A stretch of DNA of 64,000 bases from Candidatus Saccharimonadota bacterium (GTDB taxonomy: Bacteria; Patescibacteriota; Saccharimonadia; Saccharimonadales; DTSZ01): the NCBI GenBank assembly GCA_012965045.1, contig DTSZ01000001.1:684024-748023 (forward strand), given 5' to 3'. Below, piece after piece: positions 54,135 through 63,857 of the stretch. The notes under the pieces are model-generated. The model saw only the letters and a list, made by a program, of their open reading frames with translations. It ran no database searches and was not told the DNA's origin. The first letter of the stretch is position 1; each line of letters opens with the position of its first letter. Both the position numbers and the translations under genes were made by a program.

Positions 54135-56107
54135 TAGAAGACTCCTGGGTTAGCGCCTCCACCAGGCGTATCGGTTGGTTTGTTTGCTTGTTCTTGCTGG
54201 ATGCCAGACGGAGCGAGCGGGGTTTGGGGAACTTCTGGAGCCTTTGGTTGTGTAGCTTGCTGCTGTCGGCGCAGTTCGGCACCTTCGGCAAGTTCTTGAG
54301 CTTGCTTCATCTGCTTAATCTGTTCAGGATTGGTGCTAATAAGTTCAGTCTCTGTTGGGCTGGCGTCAATTTTAATGTGAATGTGGTTTTGGCCGGCAAA
54401 AAACAAGCCTTGTCCAACCGGGAAGTTGGTTAGGCGCTTAGTTTCCTCAGAGGTGAGCTTAAAGGTGTTGCTGACAATTTCTACGGCTGATGGAGCTTGT
54501 TTAAGAAGGATTTGCATCGACGAGTTGCTAACCACTGCCCGACCCATTTTGTTACTCAAAAAGTCTTCGACATCTTGGCTGATAGTAGTGAGGCCAAGGT
54601 AATATTTACGGGCTCGTTTTGCCAAGCTAAATAAGAAGTTGGCGCTGTCTTTATATTTCATTAACTGCCAAGCTTCATCAACAATTAACATGCGCTTTCG
54701 CTGGTCAGAGCGGACTTTGTTCCATATATAACTCAACACAATATACATGGCGACTGGCCGCAGCTCGTCTTCGAGGTCACGGATATTGAACACCACAAAT
54801 TTATTGTTGATATCGACATTGGATTGCTGGCTAAAAATACCAGCAAAGGTGCCTGTTGTGTATTTACGTAGTAATTGGGCTAGTTGAGGACCAGTACCGC
54901 CGGTATTGAGCAGTGTGTTGTAGAGGTCAATTATGGTTGGCGGTGTCGAATTATGAGTAAGCGGGTCGTTGGTGATTCCAGCCTTGTGGTAGGTCTCAAT
55001 CAAGGCTTGGTCTAGATCGGCTTCTGCTGCGGCACCAATGTTGCCACCCATCATCAGCCGCAGTAGGCCATGCAATGTCACCAGGTTTGAACGCAGGGCA
55101 TTGTCGGCTTCTTCAGAGTCGACAACTTGCGGCAAATCAAACGGATTAATGTGAGTTTTCGAATTAAGGCTGAGTCGAACGTAGCTGCCGCCAACTGCTT
55201 CGGCTAATTTGTGATATTCGTTTTCGGGGTCAATAATTATTATTTCGGTACCAAGCATTAGGTTGCGTAGGGCCTCGAGCTTAACAGTAAACGACTTACC
55301 TGCACCGGACTTTGCAAATACCACCATGTTAGCGTTTTCTAGGCTAAAGCGATCAAAAATAACCAGGCCGTTATTGTGCATATTGATACCGTATAAAATG
55401 CCATTTTCTTGAGACAGGTCGGCTGATGTAAATGGGAAACTGGTAGAAATTGCTCCAGTATTCATGTTCCGACGGACCGATAATTGGTCTAGGCCTTGTG
55501 GGATCGTAGAGTTAAAGGCTTGCTCTTGCTGAACGGTAGCAGGTTTTGAGTACACTAGCTGCTGGCCAAGCACGCTTTCTACCTTATGCTGAACGTAGTT
55601 AAGCTCATCTAGGCTGTCGGCGTAGATCGTAAAGTACAGACTAAATCTAAAAAATCGCTCTTCACCTACTTGAAGTTTGTCTCGCAGTTCCTCGGCGTCG
55701 GTAATAGACGCTTGCAGGCCTGGGTCACGAACTTTGCCTTTTTCGGCATTAATCATAAGACTGGCTTCGAGTTGACCAACTTTTTTGCGAAGGTTTTCTA
55801 ATACCACTTGACTGTCGACTGGGTTAATATACATCGACAAATCCATTACTTCGTCCATGTTGATAATGGGCGAAAGCCAGCCGGTGTAGATCTGCCGAGG
55901 ATAGCCGTAGACATAAAAACTTCTTGCGTAACGGGTGCCTATTCGAAAGTAAGTTGATTCGTATTCAAGACTACTTGGAGCAATAAAGTCTCGAAGCGCC
56001 GACACGCCTTGCTGGAAACTAGCCTGCACCTCTTGTTGCTCGCGTAGCTGTTGCTGTTGAGCCAGCGTCATTGGGTCTTGTTGGTTTTTTTTGCCGAATA
56101 ATGCCAT
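54134..56107 (-). CDS. virB4: VirB4/TraE-type type IV secretion ATPase
   Basis: Walker A FAKSGAGKSF, Walker B MLIVDEAWQL, and the N-terminal YPRQIYTGWL region typical of Gram-positive VirB4 (PrgJ/TcpF-like). Confidence 0.9.
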   Translation of the reverse strand: MALFGKKNQQDPMTLAQQQQLREQQEVQASFQQGVSALRDFIAPSSLEYESTYFRIGTRYARSFYVYGYPRQIYTGWLSPIINMDEVMDLSMYINPVDSQVVLENLRKKVGQLEASLMINAEKGKVRDPGLQASITDAEELRDKLQVGEERFFRFSLYFTIYADSLDELNYVQHKVESVLGQQLVYSKPATVQQEQAFNSTIPQGLDQLSVRRNMNTGAISTSFPFTSADLSQENGILYGINMHNNGLVIFDRFSLENANMVVFAKSGAGKSFTVKLEALRNLMLGTEIIIIDPENEYHKLAEAVGGSYVRLSLNSKTHINPFDLPQVVDSEEADNALRSNLVTLHGLLRLMMGGNIGAAAEADLDQALIETYHKAGITNDPLTHNSTPPTIIDLYNTLLNTGGTGPQLAQLLRKYTTGTFAGIFSQQSNVDINNKFVVFNIRDLEDELRPVAMYIVLSYIWNKVRSDQRKRMLIVDEAWQLMKYKDSANFLFSLAKRARKYYLGLTTISQDVEDFLSNKMGRAVVSNSSMQILLKQAPSAVEIVSNTFKLTSEETKRLTNFPVGQGLFFAGQNHIHIKIDASPTETELISTNPEQIKQMKQAQELAEGAELRRQQQATQPKAPEVPQTPLAPSGIQQEQANKPTDTPGGGANPGVF

Positions 56108-57039
56108 TAGAACAGATTCTCCTTTAAGTCAGGTCGTGGTGCATCGCCTTCGCCGCGGGTAATGTATGGCTGTTCAACGCCGCTCGAACTACTGAGTGGT
56201 TGGGTTGTAGCTGTGTCGGGGTTGTAGACATCGTAGTAGAGCTCAATAAGCTCCTGAGTGTTGAGTGGTATTGCCTGTACGCCCATTTGATTCATTGACT
56301 CAAGCACAGCTTGGACGCGGTTTTTTAGCTCGGTTTTAGCTTTAATTAAATCCTCTTCGTTAATGGTGATAGTTGGAGTTTTACGGTTAAAGACAGCTGT
56401 AAACTTGCCAGCTTTGTTAGTTATATTTTGATGAGCAGTTGGCTCAAACGGAACAATCACAAAAAATTGCTTATCCATAATATTAGCTGTTTGCGAAAGG
56501 TATTCGATGTAGGCTAAGTAGTCTTCCATAAGTAGGCCAAGCAAAATATTGTCTTGGTTTTCGCGCAGCGTATTGAGTTTGTTTAGGTAATTTCTCAAAT
56601 CAACTTTGCGTGAGCGCATAGTAATTTGAACTTGAAAATACAATGAATTTAAAAAACCTTGGTAGGCCGATTCCACGCCGCCTCGTTCTTGCGGACTCAT
56701 AAGGTCAAAGTTAATGCTTTGAGCTAATACAACCGCTCGGTAGCTTCCATCTTTCATAATGACAATACCATCGCGAATTTCAGCAATTTGCAGACTGTTT
56801 TGGGTGCTGTTTGGATTGGTTGGCTTAGGTTGTTCGTGGGTTGTTTGTGGCTGCTGATTTTGAGGAGCTGGTTGCTGCTGGATTTGAGGCTGCTGAAATG
56901 CCTGCTGCGGCTGAGGGATTGGTTGTTGCTGGCCTAGGTTTTGCGCAGGGACTGGTTGTGGTTGAGTAACAGGATTATTTTCCGGTGTAAAAACCGGCTG
57001 CGCTGGTTGTGCTGCCTGTTGATTTTCTTGAGGATTCAT
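56107..57039 (-). CDS. Q/P-rich protein with C-terminal domain resembling the extreme N-terminal module of Gram-positive VirB4 proteins
   Basis: The first ~85 aa are Q/P low complexity. They are followed by IAEIRDGIVIMKDGSYRAVVLAQSINFDLMSPQE...FLNSLYFQVQI. TAATG overlap with the virB4 start. Confidence 0.55.
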   Translation of the reverse strand: MNPQENQQAAQPAQPVFTPENNPVTQPQPVPAQNLGQQQPIPQPQQAFQQPQIQQQPAPQNQQPQTTHEQPKPTNPNSTQNSLQIAEIRDGIVIMKDGSYRAVVLAQSINFDLMSPQERGGVESAYQGFLNSLYFQVQITMRSRKVDLRNYLNKLNTLRENQDNILLGLLMEDYLAYIEYLSQTANIMDKQFFVIVPFEPTAHQNITNKAGKFTAVFNRKTPTITINEEDLIKAKTELKNRVQAVLESMNQMGVQAIPLNTQELIELYYDVYNPDTATTQPLSSSSGVEQPYITRGEGDAPRPDLKENLF

Positions 57040-57126
57040 TTGCGTAAAAAACCGCCCACCTGTTTAGAAACTGTTCTCTTCCCTTACCTCTGTATTGTAA
57101 GGCAAAAGCTATGCTTATTCCAGTGG

Positions 57127-58014
57127 TTAGTGCTGTATATTTAGCTCGTTGGAGTCAGTGCTGTGCTCGATTTCCATTTCTTGAGCTCGAGCGGCAATGG
57201 AACTGACAGATAGTTCTTGATTTTGCTCCAGCTCTTTTATTCGCTGCTGTAGTGCTTTGTCGTCTTGGGTCGGCTGGACTGGTTCGACCTGCTCACTAGT
57301 TGTTTGATATGGGTTTACATAGTTCTGACTGCCTAAAGTCGAAGAGCCTTGATCAGCAACCGCACTGGCCTGATTGCGTAAGCGTTCGATTAATTCGTCT
57401 CGAGCGGTTTGTTCGCTTTGAGTTGTTTGTTGGTTAAACGCCTGGGCTACTGGGTTGGTGGCGTCGTCATAGATGTCGTCATTTGTAACGTCTTCCGGCG
57501 CCTGATCATAGACTGTTGTGACTTCACTCGGTTTTATTAGACGATCGTCGTCGGCTAAACCTGCACCCAGTGGCTCTTGCAGGTCGGCTCGTTTAGTTGC
57601 CCAACCACGAGTGTCGACAATTTGGGCTAATTGTTTTAGTTGGCTACGAACTTGGTCTTGGCTGCGGCCATCGCCCAAGTGAGTTTCGATCTTTTTTGGA
57701 ACTTTAATGGTTACTTGCTCGACTATGCCGTCGCGCGACCACAGTCGTTTACGCGGCCTAAACCAAAAATTTAAATAGGCAATCACCTTGTTTTCTACTG
57801 GTTGATCTTTTGGTCGGTATACCCCAATCAAACCACAAACAAAAATTACTGGAAACAACGGTATGGCTGCAAAAAAGCTGACAGTGGCTACTAACTGAAA
57901 CGCCACGAATATAGCAATTATAGTTACGATCAAAAAAACAAATTGCTTAAACGTAAACGGCCCAAGTAGCTTGTCCTCTGCCTCAACATCCTGTGGAACT
58001 TTGTAGTAGCCCAT
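57127..58014 (-). CDS. PrgI-family (VirB3-like) T4SS membrane protein with long C-terminal extension
   Basis: MGYYKVPQDVEAEDKLLGPFTFKQFVFLIV plus two TM helices matches the PrgI family N-terminus. There is an additional ~190-aa hydrophilic tail. Confidence 0.7.
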   Translation of the reverse strand: MGYYKVPQDVEAEDKLLGPFTFKQFVFLIVTIIAIFVAFQLVATVSFFAAIPLFPVIFVCGLIGVYRPKDQPVENKVIAYLNFWFRPRKRLWSRDGIVEQVTIKVPKKIETHLGDGRSQDQVRSQLKQLAQIVDTRGWATKRADLQEPLGAGLADDDRLIKPSEVTTVYDQAPEDVTNDDIYDDATNPVAQAFNQQTTQSEQTARDELIERLRNQASAVADQGSSTLGSQNYVNPYQTTSEQVEPVQPTQDDKALQQRIKELEQNQELSVSSIAARAQEMEIEHSTDSNELNIQH

Positions 58015-58032
58015 GTTTTTAGTTTAGCAAAA

Positions 58033-60756
58033 CTATTTCTTATTTCCTTTTTCAGCTTCTTCTACTAATCGTCTGACTCTTTCAGGTGTTAACTTCTCTG
58101 CCGTTAGTGTGCTTGAATTTCCATTAGGAACAAATATTTTACTTGGTTCTGCTTTCGTCTCTTCGCTTGGCGGCGGTGCCGGATGCGGTGAAGGTGGAGG
58201 GGTTGGAGGTGGGGTCTGCGGAACAGCGGGAGGGCTGGGACCTGTTTTTAGAGTCGATGCAAGCCCGTAAGCCCTTTCTCGTGCGGAATTAATAGGATGG
58301 TCTGCCTGATCATTAGGGCCGGAGTTGAGCACACTATGTGCAAGCTCTCGCACATCAGCGTTTGGTGAATTTAGACCGTAACCGAGTTGCGTTGTAGCCC
58401 TGGCAACTTTTTCATCATCTCCAGAAAGCAAGTCGTTGAGTATCAATTGTTTCGTCTCTGGAAGATTAGCAGTAGATTGGTGCATTGCAGCAAACTGTTC
58501 TCCTCTAAGGCTGTGAATCTGTTTAGCCAATTCATTGTTGTTGACTTTATATGTTCCGTCTTGTTGTTTTTCCATTGCGGCAACATGGTACTGGCCAGTT
58601 TGCATTGCTTGGCTTTTGAGACGGTTAACATGCGCTTCTCGCTGATCTTTTTTAAGTCCCTTTAGAGATCCAGCAGATTGAAGCACTTTTTCATCGAGCC
58701 AACCATTTTGAGCTGCGGCAAATTGTGCCGCCTGAATCGATCGGGTAGATGTAGCGTGATCACCAACACCTCTAGCTGTATCAATTAATTCGTCTTTACT
58801 TAAATTACTGAGAGTTTTGGTTTCTTCGGCAATGCCAGCCGCGTCGATGTTGCGTCGTTGGTACTTACTGTTACCTATTTGTGCAGCTCTGCGCGCAAAA
58901 CGGTTATTGCCAGTTTTGTTCACACCAAGTGCTGTTTCGTTTCGATATCTTTCGCGTTTCTTCTTCGCAAAACCACCACCGATGCCGGCTCCACGCTTAC
59001 TTAAGCCACTTGCGAAGTTGCCAGCCATACCCATAGCTTGACCGGCGAACTTAAAGGTAAATGGAATCATAAAATACGGCGCAATCACAGCTATCAAGCC
59101 AATTAATTGGAATATTGCAGAGGCCGTGCTTTCGGATTGACCGAAATTGGCAATGAGGTGAGTAAATTCGTTACCGATTGCAGCAAATGTTTCGATAGGA
59201 TTAATAGTAGAACCGAGCGTGCGTGCGCCTGCCCCTAAGATGCCGCCCATAAAATCACCAACGGTTATTAGCCCGACTATTAAGGGGTACATAAACCCAA
59301 GCTTTAAGAATGTACTAAACCACTGCTGGGCGTAGCGCTGCGTGTTTGGAAGAATCCAGGCCACCATAGCAATTGGTGAAATAAGAACTAAGAACACCAA
59401 CAGAACTTGTCTGAGCCCAAGCGTAAACAATACCCCTAAAAGACCGAGCAGCGCAGCGCTCAAAATAGGCAAAGCAAAGAATAATATGACACCAGCTACA
59501 GCACCAACCGCAATAACTACGGTTCCTGCGTTAGCCCAAAAGCCAGAGACTGACAAATCAAGGCTGAATGACCGGCCACCATCCATTGGTGACAAAATAA
59601 GACCACGCACACCAGCACCAAGTACGTTCATAAGATCTGAAAATATAACACATAAGAAATAACTGAGCTGAACCAATATTATAGCTACAACAAGCCGAGG
59701 CAGCATTTTTTTAACTGTGTAGGCGTCGAGGTTTATCGATAAAGACTGTGCAAAAATAACTACAAATAGCGCAATGACAAACAATATGTTGGCGATGTTT
59801 CTAAACCGTGACCAGCTGTCTCGTATTAACGTAGCGCTGCCATCGTCTTGATTAAGAGTGACTACACTGGATTCAGATTCATCTCCTGTAGAGGCGTTAA
59901 AGCGTACCGTTTCGGCATTCAGTGCGTTAAATTGCAGCATCGGTGCAATGAAGTTATTGAATAAACCTGAAAGACCTTCGTTTAAAAAGTTAAAAATTGG
60001 ACACAATACCCAGGCCAAGACACCACCTTCCGATTCGCAGACGAGGAGATCAGCGTTTTCTGCGTCCAATTCTTCTTGATCATCTTCAATTGCATTCACA
60101 CAATTGGCTACACGCTGGATCTTTACTTCTCTAGTATTGTTGTTGTCTAGGGCGGCAAGTAAACAATTTTCAAGCTGCTCCGATAGTGAGCTAACCTCGA
60201 TTCCGGAATCTTCTATACAAAATTCAATATCAGAATTAGATATGTAACAGTCTACAAAAGCAAGCGCGGCGGTTGCGTCTTCTGCTGGAGTCTCGTCATC
60301 CGTAGGACCGGATTCCAGAAATTCTATTAGTACATTGCTTGAGGTAACATTTTCAAGAACCACTTCACCTATCTCTGGCGTTGCCGCTCCTATAGCTATA
60401 TCTGGTTCCGCCACATTCATATAAAATGAGTAGCCAAGCCCGGCATTAGTAAATGCGTAAATACCATCAGTAGAGGTAGTTTCTGATAAAGTCGCGTCCA
60501 GGCAGAACAGCCTCTCATCTGGCAGATCACCGCCATGCAGCCGTATTGCTACTATCTGATCATTATGCCCAAATAGGGGCTCGAAATCAGTATTTATATA
60601 TGACCCACATTCACCATCTAGTGGAGCAATAATATATTCTGCATTCGCAGATTCTAATATGTCGGTTATAGCACTTACTTCTTTGCTAAACAGGGGTGCG
60701 GAAAATAATAAAAGAAAACTCACGATAAAGACAGTAATTTTTATTTTTCCACTCAT
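58033..60756 (-). CDS. VirB6/TrbL-like polytopic T4SS channel protein, paralogue B (907 aa)
   Basis: Signal peptide, ~300-aa acidic ectodomain, at least 7 TM helices including LISPIAMVAWILPNTQRYAQQWF (TrbL/VirB6-like), and a long cytoplasmic tail ending in a proline-rich PPPTPPPSPHPAPPP segment. Confidence 0.65.
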   Translation of the reverse strand: MSGKIKITVFIVSFLLLFSAPLFSKEVSAITDILESANAEYIIAPLDGECGSYINTDFEPLFGHNDQIVAIRLHGGDLPDERLFCLDATLSETTSTDGIYAFTNAGLGYSFYMNVAEPDIAIGAATPEIGEVVLENVTSSNVLIEFLESGPTDDETPAEDATAALAFVDCYISNSDIEFCIEDSGIEVSSLSEQLENCLLAALDNNNTREVKIQRVANCVNAIEDDQEELDAENADLLVCESEGGVLAWVLCPIFNFLNEGLSGLFNNFIAPMLQFNALNAETVRFNASTGDESESSVVTLNQDDGSATLIRDSWSRFRNIANILFVIALFVVIFAQSLSINLDAYTVKKMLPRLVVAIILVQLSYFLCVIFSDLMNVLGAGVRGLILSPMDGGRSFSLDLSVSGFWANAGTVVIAVGAVAGVILFFALPILSAALLGLLGVLFTLGLRQVLLVFLVLISPIAMVAWILPNTQRYAQQWFSTFLKLGFMYPLIVGLITVGDFMGGILGAGARTLGSTINPIETFAAIGNEFTHLIANFGQSESTASAIFQLIGLIAVIAPYFMIPFTFKFAGQAMGMAGNFASGLSKRGAGIGGGFAKKKRERYRNETALGVNKTGNNRFARRAAQIGNSKYQRRNIDAAGIAEETKTLSNLSKDELIDTARGVGDHATSTRSIQAAQFAAAQNGWLDEKVLQSAGSLKGLKKDQREAHVNRLKSQAMQTGQYHVAAMEKQQDGTYKVNNNELAKQIHSLRGEQFAAMHQSTANLPETKQLILNDLLSGDDEKVARATTQLGYGLNSPNADVRELAHSVLNSGPNDQADHPINSARERAYGLASTLKTGPSPPAVPQTPPPTPPPSPHPAPPPSEETKAEPSKIFVPNGNSSTLTAEKLTPERVRRLVEEAEKGNKK

Positions 60757-60958
60757 TTACTCTTGATAATATCAAATCAAAACGTAAGCGTATAGAGCAC
60801 GAGTTGAGGTCAACTCAACTAATTTACAATATTCATTTTCCATATCACAACCTAAAGGGTTCCAAGAATTAGAATAAATTGCCGAACATCCACAATGTAT
60901 ATAATCCATGCTGTTAGTTACGAACTAAAAACTGCAAACTGCGAAATACGATCTAGCC

Positions 60959-63850
60959 CTAAAAATTAAACTCGTTAATTTCGTCAGTAAATTGTACGCC
61001 ACGCGACTGCATATAGTTGTAGGCGTAATTAGCTTGTTTAACAAATTCTTCCATATGACGTATGCCTTGACCAGACTGACCATAGCCTCCGACTCGAGCA
61101 CCGTCCTTGTCGTCGTCACCACCCATTTGTTGCATGCGCGCAATCAATTCAGCTCGTTTGGTTGGGTCATTTAAGGCCACGTTCATGGTGTCGGCCTTAC
61201 GCTTAAGGGTGTCGATAGCATTAATATTTCGTTGATTATTTGGCTGACGGATCATTTCGTTTAGGAACGCGTCATCGCCCAACCACCTAGAAACATATCG
61301 CCACGAACTGCCGGCCTCGCGCTCAGTTCCCGCATTACCAAAGTCTTCTAGGCTGGATTGACGAGCTCTAAAAATGGCTTCGCGTTCTTTAGTGTCAGAG
61401 ATTTGATTAAGGTCTTTAGCGAACCATTTACCACCCAAGTCGGCAGAATCAGAATGGTCATAATCTAGTAGAACGTCAGGACTGGCAAAACCAAAGAATG
61501 GTCGGTGCCCTTGGCTTTTTACGCGGGCATGGTAGGCTTGCCACAATAGCTCTGCAGTACCCCTGTCGATCTCGCCGTCTTTGTACATTCTGCCAATTCC
61601 GTAGGTGTAGTTAATACCGCGGTCCAGCAAGAATCCTGTGTCCTGCAGGGCTGCGTCCAAAGTGGAATACAGCATAGGTGTACTTTTGGTAATATTTTTA
61701 ATCTCATGCTCAAATGGTTTAGCCGATTTAATGTGGTCATTTTTCCAGTTGGCGTAGCTAGCCAAGCTCTTAAATGGTTTGTCACCCCAGTACAGGCGAC
61801 GTAGGTTCATTGGGTGAGTTGCGCTAACTACGCCCTGCATACGTTGCGTACCAGCGTTAAACACGTGCGCCGACTTCCAGCTTGGTCGTAGGAATCGTCG
61901 ACTTATTGGTAGTGCTCTACCAGCTTTGTCGTAGACCTGCATTTGTCGCTCGGCTTTGCTGTAGTTAATATTACTCTTCCAGCTAAGTGGGTTGTTGGCG
62001 TCGCCTTGAGCAGCAGATCTGGATCGGGCTGTAAGATTAGTGATCGAGTTAGTGAAGCCTTTAAACAGTCGGCCAGCAAACGAAAACAAGATTGGTATTG
62101 CGAAAAGCACAATCAGCCCAATTGCTGAACCGATCAACATATTTACTTCACTTTGGCCGGTTCCAAGTGCTAAATAGCTAAGGAGCGACCCCGCCCCAAA
62201 GACCATAGCAATGAGCGGATAAATTACAATTAGTTTACCGAGGTTGTCGAACCATTCTCTCATCCATTTTTCTGTAGCCGGGAATAAGCCAAGAATGAAG
62301 GCAATTGGCGCTAAAACGATTAATACCACAATAATTAACTGACGCAGTACAAGCGCCAAGAAAACACCCAAGATACTTATTAATAATCCGAATATAAAGA
62401 ACACCACCACTCCCGGGACAAACCAGGTGTAGAAGAAAGCGCCCATGATTGCCAAAATTACTCCCAAGCCTGCACCAACGGTTTTATCAACACTGTTAAG
62501 GCTTAGAAAGTCTGCGCTGGACGGTAGGGCGTTAGCTACGCTGCCGCTGCCATAAACTGGGATATCTTGCAGCGCTCCGTTACGCACACTGTTAAAAATA
62601 GTGGCAATACCTTCTGCGGCTACATTCCCCATATCAACCATAATTGCTGCGATAAAATAACTAACCTGAATCATGATTGTTATGACGACCAGTCGCGGAA
62701 CAGTTCTTTGAATACTATAGGTACCGCTTTGACTGACAACCATTAGATAAATAAGCCCAATGAATGCCACGGCTAGCAGCACGTTGGCAATGTTTCTGAA
62801 TTGTTTCCAGGCATTGTAGATATACACACTGTTATTGCCGGTCGCTGGTGCAGTTAATAGTGAGTCTGTGTCGAGTATATCCAGAACTACATCTTGGATA
62901 GGCTCCACCACTTTGTCGATTGTAAAGTTAACAATTGGACACAAAATCCAACTCAAAATACCCACCTCTTGAATACAACGATCATCAAATGTGTCACTGA
63001 CTTCGCTGCTGAACTGAGCGTCGATAACAAAAAAGCTAATGTAGTCATACAGGCGCTGAGTATTTGAATTGAAAGAGGTAAATTCGGCTAAGTCTGCCCC
63101 TTGATCCAACGGCTGGCTGTGTGGCCGTTCGTCAGGTAGTTTAATGAACGACACAAAATTCCCGTTGCGGTGAATAAATAGCCTGTCATTGTCACAAACT
63201 GAATTGTTAGGAAAAATCCCTGCTTGATTACTTTCTGGCGACACAACAGGACAGTCACCGTTAGTTACAAGCTGGAAGTTTCTGCCTTGGGAGTCGACAA
63301 CAGTTGTGTAGTCGTCATTGGTGTAGCGGTAGGGCGGGCTGTACGGAGCATAATTTTCACGTTCTACCAGTGCAGAATCCGCATTTGCCCCGCCAATAAC
63401 TACAGCATTAACGCGTTCTACAATTTCTCCAGATTCGCTCGCAAAAAAGCTGGCAATCGGAAAGCCTTGGTTTGCTTTTAAGCCACGCAGGCTTGCTAAT
63501 TGACCATCAACATACAGCACGCTTCCAGCGCTAGAACTACCGTTGATCCAAAAAAATGAGGCCGGTATATCACCTGGACATGCAAATTCTGTGTTGCCGT
63601 CCCCTTCTAAATCAGTCACATATCGATCTGCAGCGCTTATCCCGCCATCGCCCAGACAGACAAAGTTATTACCACTACTTGTATAGATGTTGCCTTGGCT
63701 ATCGACAATATTTCTGTAGGGGTCCCCAGATGCCTCTTGGTACCTGTAAACTCCTTGGCCGCTCCCATCAAACCGGGCAGCATCAACAGGCGTAGCTAAA
63801 AATAGCTGCGCTATGAATGTCGCCAGCAGGATTGATAGAAGTTTATGCAT
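60959..63850 (-). CDS. VirB6/TrbL-like polytopic T4SS channel protein, paralogue A (963 aa)
   Basis: Same architecture as 58033-60756. Shared motifs include ILCPI-NF, (R/Q)FRNIAN, PRLVV-I---Q-SYF and L-PIAF/M. SD GGGAG upstream. Confidence 0.65.
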   Translation of the reverse strand: MHKLLSILLATFIAQLFLATPVDAARFDGSGQGVYRYQEASGDPYRNIVDSQGNIYTSSGNNFVCLGDGGISAADRYVTDLEGDGNTEFACPGDIPASFFWINGSSSAGSVLYVDGQLASLRGLKANQGFPIASFFASESGEIVERVNAVVIGGANADSALVERENYAPYSPPYRYTNDDYTTVVDSQGRNFQLVTNGDCPVVSPESNQAGIFPNNSVCDNDRLFIHRNGNFVSFIKLPDERPHSQPLDQGADLAEFTSFNSNTQRLYDYISFFVIDAQFSSEVSDTFDDRCIQEVGILSWILCPIVNFTIDKVVEPIQDVVLDILDTDSLLTAPATGNNSVYIYNAWKQFRNIANVLLAVAFIGLIYLMVVSQSGTYSIQRTVPRLVVITIMIQVSYFIAAIMVDMGNVAAEGIATIFNSVRNGALQDIPVYGSGSVANALPSSADFLSLNSVDKTVGAGLGVILAIMGAFFYTWFVPGVVVFFIFGLLISILGVFLALVLRQLIIVVLIVLAPIAFILGLFPATEKWMREWFDNLGKLIVIYPLIAMVFGAGSLLSYLALGTGQSEVNMLIGSAIGLIVLFAIPILFSFAGRLFKGFTNSITNLTARSRSAAQGDANNPLSWKSNINYSKAERQMQVYDKAGRALPISRRFLRPSWKSAHVFNAGTQRMQGVVSATHPMNLRRLYWGDKPFKSLASYANWKNDHIKSAKPFEHEIKNITKSTPMLYSTLDAALQDTGFLLDRGINYTYGIGRMYKDGEIDRGTAELLWQAYHARVKSQGHRPFFGFASPDVLLDYDHSDSADLGGKWFAKDLNQISDTKEREAIFRARQSSLEDFGNAGTEREAGSSWRYVSRWLGDDAFLNEMIRQPNNQRNINAIDTLKRKADTMNVALNDPTKRAELIARMQQMGGDDDKDGARVGGYGQSGQGIRHMEEFVKQANYAYNYMQSRGVQFTDEINEFNF

Positions 63851-63857
63851 TATTTAT

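Noticed and set aside
1036-63795. Numerous 60-130-aa track ORFs nested antisense or out of frame within long conserved genes (e.g. 1036-1263, 4792-5037, 11319-11708, 14430-15002, 39433-39843, 49981-50490, 59342-59662)
   Set aside because: Each lies wholly inside a longer ORF with clear family motifs or operon coupling. Their compositions are typical of shadow frames (Arg/Ser/Leu/Cys-rich), and none shows a recognisable domain.
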